Part shown: positions 41,636 through 55,234 of the stretch, piece by piece | Position numbering within the stretch: the stretch's first letter is position 1 | Layout of the letters: each line of letters starts with the position of its first letter | Assembly (NCBI GenBank): GCA_951406725.2 | Contig: OX597828.1 | Location: 66,960,001-67,024,000 of the forward strand | Reading direction: 5' to 3' | DNA length: 64,000 bases | From: Octopus vulgaris | Taxonomy: Eukaryota | The notes under the pieces: generated by a model | Told to the model about the DNA's origin: nothing | Databases searched by the model: none | Seen by the model: only the letters and a program-made list of their open reading frames with translations | Made by a program: the position numbers and the translations under genes

Positions 41636-43130
41636 TGTATGAATGTATGTATGTATGTATGTATGTATGTATGTATGTATGTATGTATGAATGTATGTAT
41701 GTATGTATGTATGTATGTATGTATGTATGTATGTATGTATGCATGTATGTATGTCCAGATTTGTATGTTTTATGCATGTATTCTCATGCATATAGTTGCA
41801 TGCCTAGACATGCTCATATATATTTAAATGATAAACTTCTGGAAAGTTTTACAGATTTTTATAGTTCCAGTGATGAATTGGATCTGTAGTCTTCGAATTA
41901 GCTTTCTCCTTTCTGGGTTTGAGAAGCCTAGTTTCTCAAGATTGGTATTTAGGCGGTGTGTTACATATCTCAGGCCCCCAAAAATTACAGGTATAAACAT
42001 GAACTTGTCGTCTGGATAGAGTAAGTGCAGATTCCTCAGTAGTTCAGCATAGGTATTCTCTTTTTCACTGATCTTAAGCTTTATGTTAACATCCGCTGGG
42101 CAGCTAATTTCCTCAACTGTGCACAGTTTCTCTTCTCTATCCCAAATCATCATATCAGGTCTGTTATACATACATGTTATTGAGGACTTCACTGGTATAT
42201 TCTACCAGTATTCTTTTTTATCATGAGTGGCTATGGCTTCTATCATATTGTGAGTTCTTATTTCTTTGTCCACGGGATTATCCTTCCGACAGATTTTATC
42301 GTAGAGTGTCCTAGCTACAACGTCATGTCTCATCGGTATGGCTTTACTGCTTTACCTGCATCTCTATCCCTTTTGTGCATCAGGTACTTGGTTGATATTT
42401 CCTGTTCCTGGATTGTAAACGCATACCCTTCAAAGTGGGAGGTAGTTATCCGGCTATTGATCCTTGATAAATTCTTCGATGATCGAAATTACTATCAACA
42501 CGGAGCTTTCTAGTAACATATCCATGCATAGTCTTCTGCTCATATAGTCTCATCCTTTCATCTAATGATACGTTGCGATAGAGTCGTGCGACTTCTTTGG
42601 GCGTGTATTCTAGGTTATCAAAGAGTGTTGTTCAAGGAGCTGCCCTCCAAGTCTTATGATGTTATCAGCCTCATGTATGGAAACTTGGTCAAGGGATGCA
42701 CTTCAATGCTTGGTGGTTAAAAGGGATATGATGTGATATTCAAATGCATTATGGATCGATGTTAAACCTCTTCCTCCTTGTTTTCGTTTTAGGTGTGGAA
42801 ATTATGTAGAAATTATGTTTGCTTGTTAGTATTTTTCGGGTTTTCAAATCAATGGCTCGGATCTCATCAAGCGTCCAATCAAGCAGCGCCAATGTTGGTA
42901 TGAGTACTGGCACCGCAAACACATTGTGAGCCACTGTTTTACTGAATGCAGAGAGTTCTGAGGTCCAAATCTTCTTTATTCGGCTGTAATATTCTTTAGT
43001 GACACCTGTTTTGTTACAGGTGTCACTGTAAGATATATTTTCATCCACTCCTAGATACCTGTATCCTCGTCAGATACAGGGGAAATCATTAATGGAGATG
43101 TTACTAGTCTGGTTTATAGTACCCCCCCAT
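40921..43130 (-). mobile_element. R4/Dong-like LINE 3' part with an expanded (TATG)n array (41027-41753) inside its 3' UTR
   Basis: ORFs 42749-43048 (KEYYSRIKKIWTSELSAFSKTVAHNVFAVPVL) and 41824-42192 (NRPDMMIWDREEK..EISCPAD). UTR pieces on both sides of the array match 8575-8900. Confidence 0.88.
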
Positions 43131-43725
43131 TCACAATCATAAAACAAAATTTATACGTACGTACGTATGTAAATATTTATGCATGTATGAATGTATGTAT
43201 GTTCGTAAGTACGTATCTATAAGTATGTGTATATGTGTGTATGCTTGTATGTATTAGTGCGTGTATGCATCGCAGTGATTGCTTACGATGGTGAAGCTGA
43301 AGGTGGGGAACGAGTAGTTTTTAGGGTGGGGACCACAAGACCGTAGCACGTGTGTGCATCTCTAATAATCTAATCATATTTAGAATTTTAATCTTTTAAT
43401 GTTGCTTTAGACGTTTTAAAACTATGTATTAATTTTAAAATGCTTTTATTGAGAATAAAATAGTGAATTTTTTATTGCTCAACACTAAATAATTCAAGTT
43501 ATAAAAATCAGTTTCAATTGTTTTCTTTTTTATTTCTTTCATGATTAAAAAAAAAGTTTTTAATGAAATCTGGTGTGTAGGATGAAGGATCAGAAGCAAT
43601 AGCCAGCTACAAAAAGAGGTGGGATGTTCAAAAGGTTAGGTTTATATATGTGTGTATATGATTATGTGTATGTATGATTATGTGTGTGTATAGCTATATA
43701 TATGCATCTGCGTGTGTATAGTATT

Positions 43726-43800
<75 letters not shown>

Positions 43801-44255
43801 GTCTGTCTGTCTATCTGTCTGTCTGTCTGTCTGTCTGTCTGCCTGCCTGCCTGCCTGTGCGTGTGTGTGTGTGTGCGTGCGTGCGCACGTGTGAAAATGT
43901 ATGTGTATGAATGCATATATGTATGTTTGTGTGTCTATGTGTGTGAAGTTCTTGAATGCTAAATAAGAATGCGTAAGATATATATATATATATGATATAG
44001 TGTAAAATTAATTAATTAATTAATAATTTATAATTTTACCAAGTAGTCAGTACGTTAAGAAAACCTTTTTAGGTGATTTATATATAATATTCTATAATTA
44101 TATACGTAATTATAATCAGGGCTCAGCTGAGCGCCTCGCCTCGTACTGAATTAGAAATAGACACTAATGTCTTTTTAACTACCATAAAAATCTCCCATAC
44201 ATTTTTTATGTAGACAAAAAGAAAAATGAATCCTTACGACTTTCAGTTAACCACA

Positions 44256-44317
44256 GACGCGTTTCAAATTTAAAGTAAATTATATTTATCTTAGGTAAAT
44301 ATAATTTACTTTAAATT
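44256..44317 (-). ncRNA. Partial hammerhead-like motif with a 22-bp perfect hairpin as helix II
   Basis: On the minus strand the hairpin 44267-44317 is followed one nt later by GAAACGCGTC. The CUGANGA box is missing. Confidence 0.4.
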
Positions 44318-44350
44318 CTTTTTGCATAAGTGTATTATTGTATATATATA

Positions 44351-45202
44351 CAGCTAAATGATAACCGCTAACTTTTATCATATAAATTTAGTTTCGGTTT
44401 GTTTTATTGGCGCTAAAACCTCTAAAAACAGACCTAGGGAGCTGAAATTTTCATGTAGTGGCTTAGACATAGAGCTTTCCAAAAAGGTATAGCATGCCAA
44501 GATCAATGATAATCACGGTGTACTACTTTGACGGGCCTTCTCCATTGCCTCAACGTGTTGCTGGTTGCCCTTCATAAACATCAGTCTCTCAAAGTTACCA
44601 TCTGACAGGATGGCTTTCTTGTCCCTCAAAATATCTCTTCCTGTAGAGAATAGGCGCTCAACTGCAGCACTGGATGAGATGGGGTGTTATACTTGGTCAA
44701 CTGTTCCTCTTATCCCTTGACGTAAGGACAAAGTAGTCGTCCAGGTAAGGATCCCGGGTTTCTGAGACTCCTGGCTCTCTATCTGAGCGACCTCTACCTC
44801 ACACACAGCCGTTGCAGATTCCTCAACATACCCTTCATCCTCAGGCCCAACAAAAACGTCTCCACTTTCCATAACTATAAGCGATAACTTGATATGCCAA
44901 TAACGTAGACTGCTGTCGCTGACACTGTAAGACTGTCTGTAATGTGACAACGTCGTAAGTGAACACAACTCAAAATTGCAGAATTACACAATACGGCTCA
45001 GGTAGCTACTGCTGCTGCGTCGACTAATCACGTCTTGTCACGTGTACACGTAATCAGCCAGTAGCCTGCCTGACGGACTCTTCGGACTTAAAATTTAATG
45101 GAAGCTAATTGGTCCGCTGATGGTTTTCAAAGTTAGCGAAAACTCTAATCCGCTAAACGAAAAGTTAGCTTCACTAATTAGCTGTTAGCGGAACCGTGCC
45201 CA

Positions 45203-45204
<2 letters not shown>
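44351..45204 (-). mobile_element. hAT DNA transposon remnant
   Basis: YNTP..SSSAAVERLFSTGRDILRDKKAILSDGNFERLMFMKGN (hAT C-terminal dimerisation domain) at about 44553-44692. CCGCTAA/TTAGCGG subterminal motifs occur at both ends. Confidence 0.8.
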
Positions 45205-45262
<58 letters not shown>

Positions 45263-45381
45263 TTTGTGGAATTTGATTTAGTATTTCTAAATTGAATTTT
45301 TCCCTGTAAGTTAGGAATGATATTCCCTCAAATAATTATTATATATATATATATATACATATAGTGTGTGTGTGTGTGTGC

Positions 45382-45435
<54 letters not shown>

Positions 45436-45841
45436 AACGGAAAAAGAATAAGAGTTGGAAATAGAGAGAGAAAGACAGTAAAAGAGAAACCAAAGCTGAC
45501 CCAACGGAGGGTTCAGCTATTGAAGTTGACAGATGTATGTCAAAAGGTCAATTAGGAAATTAAGTCAATGGAAGCAACTGGACCATGGTGGACAGTTGCT
45601 GAGATGATGGAAATATGAGGCAAAATAGGACGCGAAATAATCACTTCAATAGCGAATCAGATAGCACAAAGAGATGTTATTTGAAATGATTGTTGCAGCA
45701 GTATTATTGTCCATTACATCAAGGACTTGAAAAATATTCTAGGAACATCAGATTTATTGGAAAGAAAATTAGTTTAGACGAGTTGCAGTTCTTAATTAAC
45801 CATGAGTAAGCCACTGTACTCAATATTAATTAATTTACGGA

Positions 45842-46058
45842 GGCGGTGAGCTGTCAGAGTCGTTATAATGTACGAAGAAAAGCTTTGTAGTATCTGTTCC
45901 GGTAATTTAGAATCTGAGTTCAAATCCCACTCAGGTCGGTTTTGCTTTCCATTCTTTCTGGGTCTATAAAATAAAGCGCCCCTCAAATAATGGGGTCAAT
46001 GGATGGACTATTTCCCTCCCGTCAGAATTGTTGGCCTTGTGCCTAAATCAGGAACCAT
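45842..46058 (+). mobile_element. SINE family B (old, diverged)
   Basis: GGCGGTGAGCTGTCAGAGTCGTTA...CTGAGTTCAAATCC...CCTTGTGCCTAAA. Confidence 0.7.
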
Positions 46059-46195
46059 TAATTAGGTCTTGTAGATAAGGCAGTCTCTGGATGTGGACTA
46101 ATAGTTGGTGAGAGCCATATTCACGATGGAGTGGTGACTATCAGAAAAGTGATTGTTAATAAAAATAATAATAATAGTAGTAGTAGTATATAGTA

Positions 46196-46264
<69 letters not shown>

Positions 46265-46268
46265 GTAT

Positions 46269-46769
46269 CTGATTGGAAGTGTTAACATTGTTTTGTCTTG
46301 GTATAAAAGATGGGCTACAGCAAATATTCTGCTCAATACCACAGATTTGCTTGTCAGTTGTTTGACTTTAACCAGTTGAGTATGTCCCTTAGTGGCTGAC
46401 GATATGTGCATCTCTGATCACGAGCAGAAGTAGTGGGGGAGCATCATAGCCATGTGTTGAGAGGGATTCTTTGGGGTTTGAATAATTCACCTCTGGAAAC
46501 ATGGGTGTTTCGTTCAACATCCTTAAACAACCCTTATTCAGGGACCTTTCGAGTGGGATGGGTTACTCGACCTGAAGAAAATTCTAACTGTGCCCCACCT
46601 GCAAGGTCATGTGCTGTTTATTTTGATATGAGATCACCATGTCGCGCACATATGGTTGTGATGCATGTGTCTGGTGTACCCTTATCAGACGGGTAGTCAT
46701 GATGGGTATACTGGGCTTCGTATATTTTACCCCAGTGTCACTTTGATGGCATGTACTACTCTCTCACTC
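46269..46769 (+). mobile_element. (AAT)n-tailed retroposon module between two (AAT)n arrays
   Basis: Highly similar to 13309-13815. Confidence 0.88.
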
Positions 46770-46803
<34 letters not shown>

Positions 46804-47427
46804 TTATAATAATAATAATAAGATTTTTTCAGTTACTGATAATAATAATAATAATAATATTATAATAATAATAATAAGATTTTTTCAGTTACTGATGTTG
46901 CACATAACCAGCAGGATTATAGGCAAAATAATTATTTGCGACAGAAGCAATGCTAGCATCAAAAGATAGTCTTTATATCTTTGACCTTTACCATCTAAAA
47001 GCAAACGGATTAAATTCAATAATGCCAAAGACAACAAAAATACTGTCGCACCTTGTGCCTACCTAACAAAAGACAAATACCCCCCAGGCTTCTTGACAAA
47101 GTTCTACACGCATTGATAAATTCTAAATAATAACATGACCTCAAATTTAATCAATTAAAATTTTTCCATAACAACCAACCATGCAAACCTATTTACCACC
47201 ACACTGAAACCCACGCACCCAAAGATGATCTTAACTGGACAGAAACTATATAATGGTAAGACTAATGCATTGCAGTCCGACGATGGCTTACTTGGTTGAA
47301 ACTTCGAAATCACTGTCAACAACATTCTTGTATAAAAATAATAAAATTGTACTCTACAAAAATATACAGTAACTCATCAGATTTATGTAAAATTGCTTTT
47401 ATTATAACTAAACGTAAAAACAAACAG

Positions 47428-47518
<91 letters not shown>

Positions 47519-48134
47519 GTATGTATGTATGTATGTATGTATGTATGTATGTATGTATGTATGTATGTATCTATCTATCTATCTATCTGTCTGTCTGTCT
47601 GTCTGTCTATTTATCCTTCTATCTATCCATCTATTTATCCTTCTATCTATCCATCTATCTATCCATCTATCTAAATTAATTAATTTAGTTTAATTAATTA
47701 ATTAATTAATTAATTTACATCTGAGTGTTCATACCGAATGAATGCCAAGGTAGGTCGGTGGGTATGAATGATAAATGTGTGTGTAATTGTGAACAAAGTT
47801 TGGGAACTCTGTGGAGTTTGTAGAGATGATACATTTGGGGATAATGGAATTTAAAACTAACTGAAACTAAATATACTCTTCTGAGTGGTTTTCATAAAAC
47901 GCATCCTGGTGTAGGATAAGAATTTAGAGTTGAAATCTTAGAGTTTATATGCGATGCTGTGAAGCAATTAATGGCAGCTTTTCTTTAAGGTTCCAGTTCA
48001 ATAATTTACATTGGCAGGAGTCTGAGTTAAGTGCTGCATTGGGAATATACCAATTTCCTACCTTATCAGGACCTACAATATATGTGAAAAAATTCCCTAA
48101 CTGGCTATGTCTAATCAAAAAATTACTTATTTAC

Positions 48135-49110
48135 TAAGGTTTAAACATCATCTCAGTCACATTACGCAGCAATACATCGGTGCCAGCGTTCCTGCTACTT
48201 TCGGAATCTGTCCTGGAAGTCGTTCTCCGTAAGCGAGTCGAAGACCTTCTGTGATTCGCTCTGGATCTTGGCAACGGTGTTAAAACGGCGACCTTTGAGC
48301 TGCTTTTCTATTGGGGAAGAGATGGAAGCCCGCAGATGCTAAATCTGGCGAACAGGGTGGGTGTGGAAGCGATATCATGTTGCTTTTGGCGAGAAATTCA
48401 CGAGTGAGAACTCGGTGATAGGGTGCATTCTCGTCCTGAAGAATCCAATTCTTCACGCTCCACAAATCCGGTCGCTTTCGACAAATGTCCTCCCTGAAAC
48501 ACTTCAAATTCTTTGCAGTAGAACTCTCAATTGATGCTCTGGCTCGGGATGATGAATTCTCGATGCACAATACTGCGAATGTCGGAAAAAAAACCCTAGT
48601 GAGCATGCTCTTGATTGTGTTGCGGCACTGTCGTACCTTCTTCGGTCGTGGAGATGATGGGGGTCTTCCATTGTGACGAGGCTCGTACATGTAGACCCAA
48701 CACTCGTCACCGGTGATGATCCTCGAATGACTTCGACGCAATGTTCTTTCTGCTCAGGGGTCAGCGGGCTGGGGACAAACTTGGCAGAGACACGCTGCAT
48801 GTTCAATTCAGACGTTAGGATTGCCTGCCACAGGCCCATATGACGGACCAACAAGATCAGCAACGCCATGGATTGCCTTTCTCCGTTCCTCATGTCCAAA
48901 CTGAAGAATTTTCTCCATATTTTCGGGAATGATGCTCGTGGCAGGTTTTCCAAATCTCCCATCGTTTTCCAGGGAGGTTCTTCCGCTTTTGAAGTGCCTG
49001 TGTCACTCGAAACATTGCCCCGTAGACGTAAGCTAGTCGAATCATGCTCAATGTCTCCGAAGCAAACTTCCCAAGTTTAACGCAAAGTTTCACATTGGTT
49101 CCTTGTTCCA
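48135..49110 (-). mobile_element. mariner transposase pseudogene
   Basis: MEQGTNVKLCVKLGK.., RVSAKFVP, IITGDECWVYMY, WILQDENAPYH, LPHPPCSPDLA. Contains frameshifts. Confidence 0.9.
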
Positions 49111-49209
49111 TCCAACTTCCTGTCCGTGACAAAATCACAGACTACAGCATACACGTAATGACACACGCACATACACTCACACATACACATGCGCACAAAC
49201 ACGCACACA

Positions 49210-49414
49210 TTGTTTTGAAGATGGAGTCTGTGACAATGGTCTTGGACATCTTCACTTTGGCGGACTTCTGCGGGTCTTTCACGAAGTGACTGGAGCGCTA
49301 CAACAAGTGCGTTGAAGTCAGAGGATCGTACTTTGAGGGCGATGAGAGCTTTGTACTTCTTTGAAATTAATAAATGATTTTCCTGAGAAAGTCTCAAAAC
49401 TTCTGGAATGCACC
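49210..49414 (+). mobile_element. 3' end and right TIR of a second mariner
   Basis: LERYNKCVEVRGSYFEGD then GTCTCAAAACTTCTGGAATGCACC. Confidence 0.65.
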
Positions 49415-49430
49415 GCGCACGCACGTGTAA

Positions 49431-49526
<96 letters not shown>

Positions 49527-49585
49527 CCTTAAATTCTTAAAAGTGTCTCAACTCGAAGGCTGCAGCCATGCTGGTGCACCACCGT

Positions 49586-49662
<77 letters not shown>

Positions 49663-49666
<4 letters not shown>

Positions 49667-50240
49667 AAGATAATAGGATTTCAAAGCTGATGTTCTCCGC
49701 TGATCTGTGCACTGGAAAGCATCCTCAGCAGAAACCACAACGAAAGTTGGAAGACTGCTTAAAAGACAGAATGATGCGGGATAATCGACCAGACATAGTC
49801 ATTAAAGACGGAGAAGAAAACACTTGTAGGCTAATAGATGTAAGTGTTCCCACTGATAAAAATGTATCTGTAAAGGTATTTGACAAATTAAGTAAATAGA
49901 AAGACCTGGAAATTGAAATACAAAAAGATGTGGCATCTTAAGGCGAGAACTGTTCCTGTTATTGTAGGTGTCCTAGGTATGATAAGAAAGGGATGTCAGA
50001 AACATCTAGATAATATCCCTGGAGGACCATGTCTCAGAGAAGTCCAAAATATTGTGATGACAAATACTGCTCACATTCTTAGAAAAACCCTATCAATTTA
50101 GACATCTGTGTTGTACTACATGAAGATATTTCGCTACTGCCCCTGCAGTCATACTGTAGCATCTCTTATCCTTCACTCGCTTTAGGATGGTGGGTGTGTC
50201 TCGGCGAGTGATTGTAACAAACATGCCGATTAAAAGTAAA
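49663..50240 (+). mobile_element. RTE-like fragment (about 49663-49770) joined to an R4/Dong-like REL C-terminus and 3' UTR
   Basis: [34 protein letters not shown], then [22 protein letters not shown] and MWHLKARTVPVIVGVLG..TAHILRKTLSI. (AAC)/(AAT) tail. Confidence 0.82.
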
Positions 50241-50265
50241 CAATAACAACAACAACAATAATAAT

Positions 50266-50466
50266 ATTTTCTACACTAGGCACAAGGCCCGAAATTTTTG
50301 GGGAGGTGGGGCAGTCGATTAGATCGACTCCAGTACACAACTGGTAGTTAATTTATGGACCCCAAAAGGATAAAAGGCAAAGTTGAACTCGGCGAAATTT
50401 GAACGTAGCGACAGGCGAAATACTGCTAAACGTTTCGTCCAGCGTGCTAGCGATTCTGCCAGCTCG
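50266..50466 (-). mobile_element. SINE family B
   Basis: Family B core on the minus strand. Confidence 0.85.
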
Positions 50467-50483
50467 ATAGGCCATAGGGCAAC

Positions 50484-50550
50484 GGGTTTTAGTGTCTGAA
50501 GAAACGCTGCAAAGCTACACGCTTTATGGACGTGAAACCCAGGTTAACCC
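50484..50550 (+). ncRNA. Hammerhead-like motif with long loop II
   Basis: CTGAAGA-A-ACG(24 nt)CGT-GAAAC(CCAG)GTT. Distal GGGTT/AACCC pairing, proximal helix I poor. Confidence 0.45.
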
Positions 50551-50563
50551 ATAGGCCGGCCAT

Positions 50564-50665
<102 letters not shown>

Positions 50666-50802
50666 GGGAGAGTTTACGAAAAAAACAAAATAAAAGACGA
50701 AGATAGGTGGTGTACAAAACAAACAGATGTATTAGTATAACGCTCAGGAATAGAAAAAGTCGTTTACGTTTCGAGCCTACGCTCTTCTACGGAAAGGGAC
50801 AC

Positions 50803-50899
<97 letters not shown>

Positions 50900-51036
50900 G
50901 GGAGAGTTTACGAAAAAAACAAAATAAAAGACGAAGATAGGTGGTGTACAAAACAAACAGATGTATTAGTATAACGCTCAGGAATAGAAAAAGTCGTTTA
51001 CGTTTCGAGCCTACGCTCTTCTACGGAAAGGGACAC
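50666..51036 (-). repeat. Two identical 137-bp units (234-bp period) in (ATCT)n, each with a minimal hammerhead-like motif
   Basis: Units 50666-50802 and 50900-51036. Minus strand CTTT-CCGTAGA-A-GAGC(GTAG)GCTC-GAAAC-GTA-AAC at 50759-50796 and 50993-51030. Confidence 0.85.
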
Positions 51037-51118
<82 letters not shown>

Positions 51119-51301
51119 AGTAAATAAAGCAATTTCCGGTGTTGAGTCCCTTTTCTCCTATTGTCCTTTACACGCACACACACTTACGCGTGCGTACCCG
51201 TTCACACACGCATACATAAATCACATACATAGATTTGTGTGTGTGTACTTAATAAATGCCTTTTAACTCTCTGTAAATATGTGTATGTATATAAATATAT
51301 A

Positions 51302-51347
<46 letters not shown>

Positions 51348-51375
51348 TATGTACATATATATATATATTTATAGA

Positions 51376-51443
<68 letters not shown>

Positions 51444-51469
51444 TATATACATATATACATATGCATATG

Positions 51470-51517
<48 letters not shown>

Positions 51518-51770
51518 GGTGTGTTTGAGAGTCTGTATGATATGATATGGTGTATATAAATATGAATGTATATAAGTAACACCTTTTCTTGAAGGCATGA
51601 CTATTTGTCTCTGTAATCTTATATTTTTTATTAAACATTTTTTCATCCATAAAAATGGTTTGCTTTGTATCAGTTCAATAGTTTTGTTGCTTAGCTTCTA
51701 AAGGTGTTTCTCCTCTGGTGAGTAAATATGTGTGCGTGCGTGTGTGTGTGTGTGCTTGTTTGTTTGTTGA

Positions 51771-51803
<33 letters not shown>

Positions 51804-52001
51804 CTATGTGTGTGTGTGCGTCCGTTTATCCATTTACACACTTATCTCTGCTTGTACGCTTTCGTGCTTGTGACAGTCTGTCTCTCTCTGACAGAGCGTG
51901 CGTGTGTCCGTGACTATTTGCTGATAAGGTGTGTAATGGGTGGTGTATGTATGTGTGTGCACGCACGCGTGTGTGTATGTGTGAATGTGAGCGTGAGTGT
52001 C

Positions 52002-52039
<38 letters not shown>

Positions 52040-52525
52040 GTGCATGCTCTCTAGGAGGTGGATGAGGAGGGAGAGGTGGGAGGAGGCAGGCGGAAGTGTT
52101 GGACGCGTGCTTGTGACTGCGTGGATATAATTACTTCAGTGAACTCCTGGTTCAGAGTGTGCGCTTGTGGTGTATATGAATGTGTGTGTTGGTGTGTGTC
52201 TTATTGTGGGTAGGTGGGGGCGATGGTGTGTGTGTGTGTGTACGTGTATGCTGTTATATACCTGTATACGCATAATTATCTCATATGTGTATGCGCATGT
52301 CTCACACACACATACACGCACATACACGCACATACACAAGAGCGTATATAATATATACGCTTGTATGTGCATCTACGATTGTATAAGTATGTTTCGCATA
52401 TGTGCATCTATGTATATATATATATATTTTGACACATATATACGTATACATGCATGCATATACATATATACACAAATATATATATATATACATATATGCA
52501 TAAATATATATATAGATATATATAC

Positions 52526-52560
<35 letters not shown>

Positions 52561-52758
52561 CATACATATACATATTCATACACACGCACATATATGTATA
52601 CACACATACACACACACATAAACAATGTATATTATGTGTAAATATATATATATATATATATACACAAACACACGCACATATGTGTATATATACATACACA
52701 CACATAGACACACAGACGCACACACACACACACACAAACACACATAAACAATGTATAT

Positions 52759-52829
<71 letters not shown>

Positions 52830-53301
52830 ATGTATATATATATGTATATATATATATATATAACGACACACGTTGACACATTCACGTGAGAATAATTCTA
52901 TGGACACTAAATTTAAGAGTGCAGGTGAACTCTGAAGCGAGTGTACCCTTTTGGACTGATCACCTCTCTCCTGGCTGATTTGGTTATCAAACAGTTCAAT
53001 ATATATGATGAGGGCGACGGTGGCTGTGGTAGCTGCGATGGCGGTGGTGGTGGCGTTGGCGGCGGTGGCGTCGGCAGTAATCTTTTGCAGAGTTGGCGGT
53101 GCCAGCGTTGGCGACGATGGTGAGATTATTGGTGCTGGTGGTTTTGACAGTGCTTGCGATGACGCCATTGCAATGGTGGTGTTGTTGGTGTTGTTGGCGT
53201 TAGTGGCAGTGGTGGCGGTGGTGGTGGTGGTGGTGACGGTGGTAAATATTGGGGGAGGGGGGTAAATGGTAGTGGTGGCAACGGTGGTGGTGTTGTTGTT
53301 G

Positions 53302-53333
<32 letters not shown>

Positions 53334-53719
53334 GGTGGCGGCGGCAGAGGTGCAAGTGGTGTTGGTGATGGTGGTAATGGATGCGAGGGTTGTGTGGCTG
53401 GTGCGGCGGTGGTGTTAGTGGTGTTGGTAGCGACGGTAGAGGTGCGAGTGTGATATTGGCAGTGCTGGTGGTGGTGGTGGTGGTGAGTTTGGTGAGTGGT
53501 GGTAATGGATGCGAGGGTGGTGGGTTGTGGTGATGGTGGTGATGATAATGGCGATGCTGATGATGGTGGTAATGATATCAAGTGTGGTGAAAACCAGAAA
53601 CAATTATTCTTAAACACCCACCAACACCTCCTCCTATCACCTTCGATACATCCCTCCCACCTCATCTCTCTCTCAGCTTACTAAAACTGCTGTTTTCTCT
53701 CTCTCTCTCTCTCTCTCTC

Positions 53720-53832
<113 letters not shown>

Positions 53833-53875
53833 CGTATGTATTCCTCTAGCTCACTGTCAGTCTATTTACCATCTG

Positions 53876-54002
<127 letters not shown>

Positions 54003-54059
54003 GTCTGTCTGTCTGTCTGTATGTCTGTCTGTCTGTCTGTCTGTCTGCCTATCTATCTA

Positions 54060-54096
<37 letters not shown>

Positions 54097-54478
54097 ACGA
54101 CAGGGATATACTTTTTCGTTTCTACATTTGATTTCTCTCCACCCCCTCTCTCTCTATCTTTCCCCTCTCTCTATCTCTCCCCTCTCTCTCTATCTCTCAG
54201 CCGTTCTCTCTCTATCTATCTCTCCGTCGCTCTCCCTGTCTCTCTCTCTATCTACTTATCTATTGTTATGCTCGTCTCTCTTTTCTTCTTTCTCCATCTC
54301 TTTCTTCCTCTCCTTCACTTTCTTTTCCATTCCACTCGCGCTTTGTCTTAGCTTTTCCTATTCTAACATTCACTCACTCATTCCTCTTCCCCTCCACCTT
54401 CCCCTCTTTCTTTCCAACCTCTTCATCTCTCTAACTTTGACTTTCTTCTGTCTCTCTCTTCCTTTTCTTGTTTTCCCC

Positions 54479-54542
<64 letters not shown>

Positions 54543-54988
54543 CTCTCCCTCTCTCTCTCTCTCTCTCGCCAGATCTTTTTTATCTCTCTCTCTCTCTCTG
54601 TTCTTTCTTCTTTTCCTCCTCACCCAGTCTCTATCTTTTTTCTCCCTTCCTAACACTATGATCTCGTCCTTATTTTCTTTTCCTATGTCCCCCTCTCCTT
54701 TTTCCCTATTTTCTCTTCTGCCCCTCCCTCTCTCTTCACTATTCTCCCTTCCTTCCTTCCTTCCTCTCTCTCTCTCTCTCTCCCTCTCATTCTCTTCCAA
54801 TCCATCACTTTAATCCTCTTTCGACAGCTTTCTTTTTCCCTTCCAATATTTTACATTTTCCTTCCCAATCCATCATTTTAATCCAGCTTCCACCTCACCG
54901 CTTCTCTCATTATCTTTCATTATCCTCAACTCCATCCATCACCACCAGGCTGTTTTTACTTATATCTCTGCTCTCTATTCTTTTCTTT

Positions 54989-55071
<83 letters not shown>

Positions 55072-55195
55072 GTCTGTCTGTCTCTCTCTCTCTCTCGCGA
55101 CCTATTCGTGTATGTATGTATGTATGTATGTATGTATGTATGTATGTATGTATGTATGTATGTATGTATGTATGTATGTGTGTGTGTGTGCGTGC

Positions 55196-55231
<36 letters not shown>

Positions 55232-55234
55232 AAA

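Noticed and set aside
43040-43073. CTGACGA plus hairpin on the minus strand
   Set aside because: It lies within LINE coding sequence (YRYLGVDENI) and lacks GAAA after the stem.
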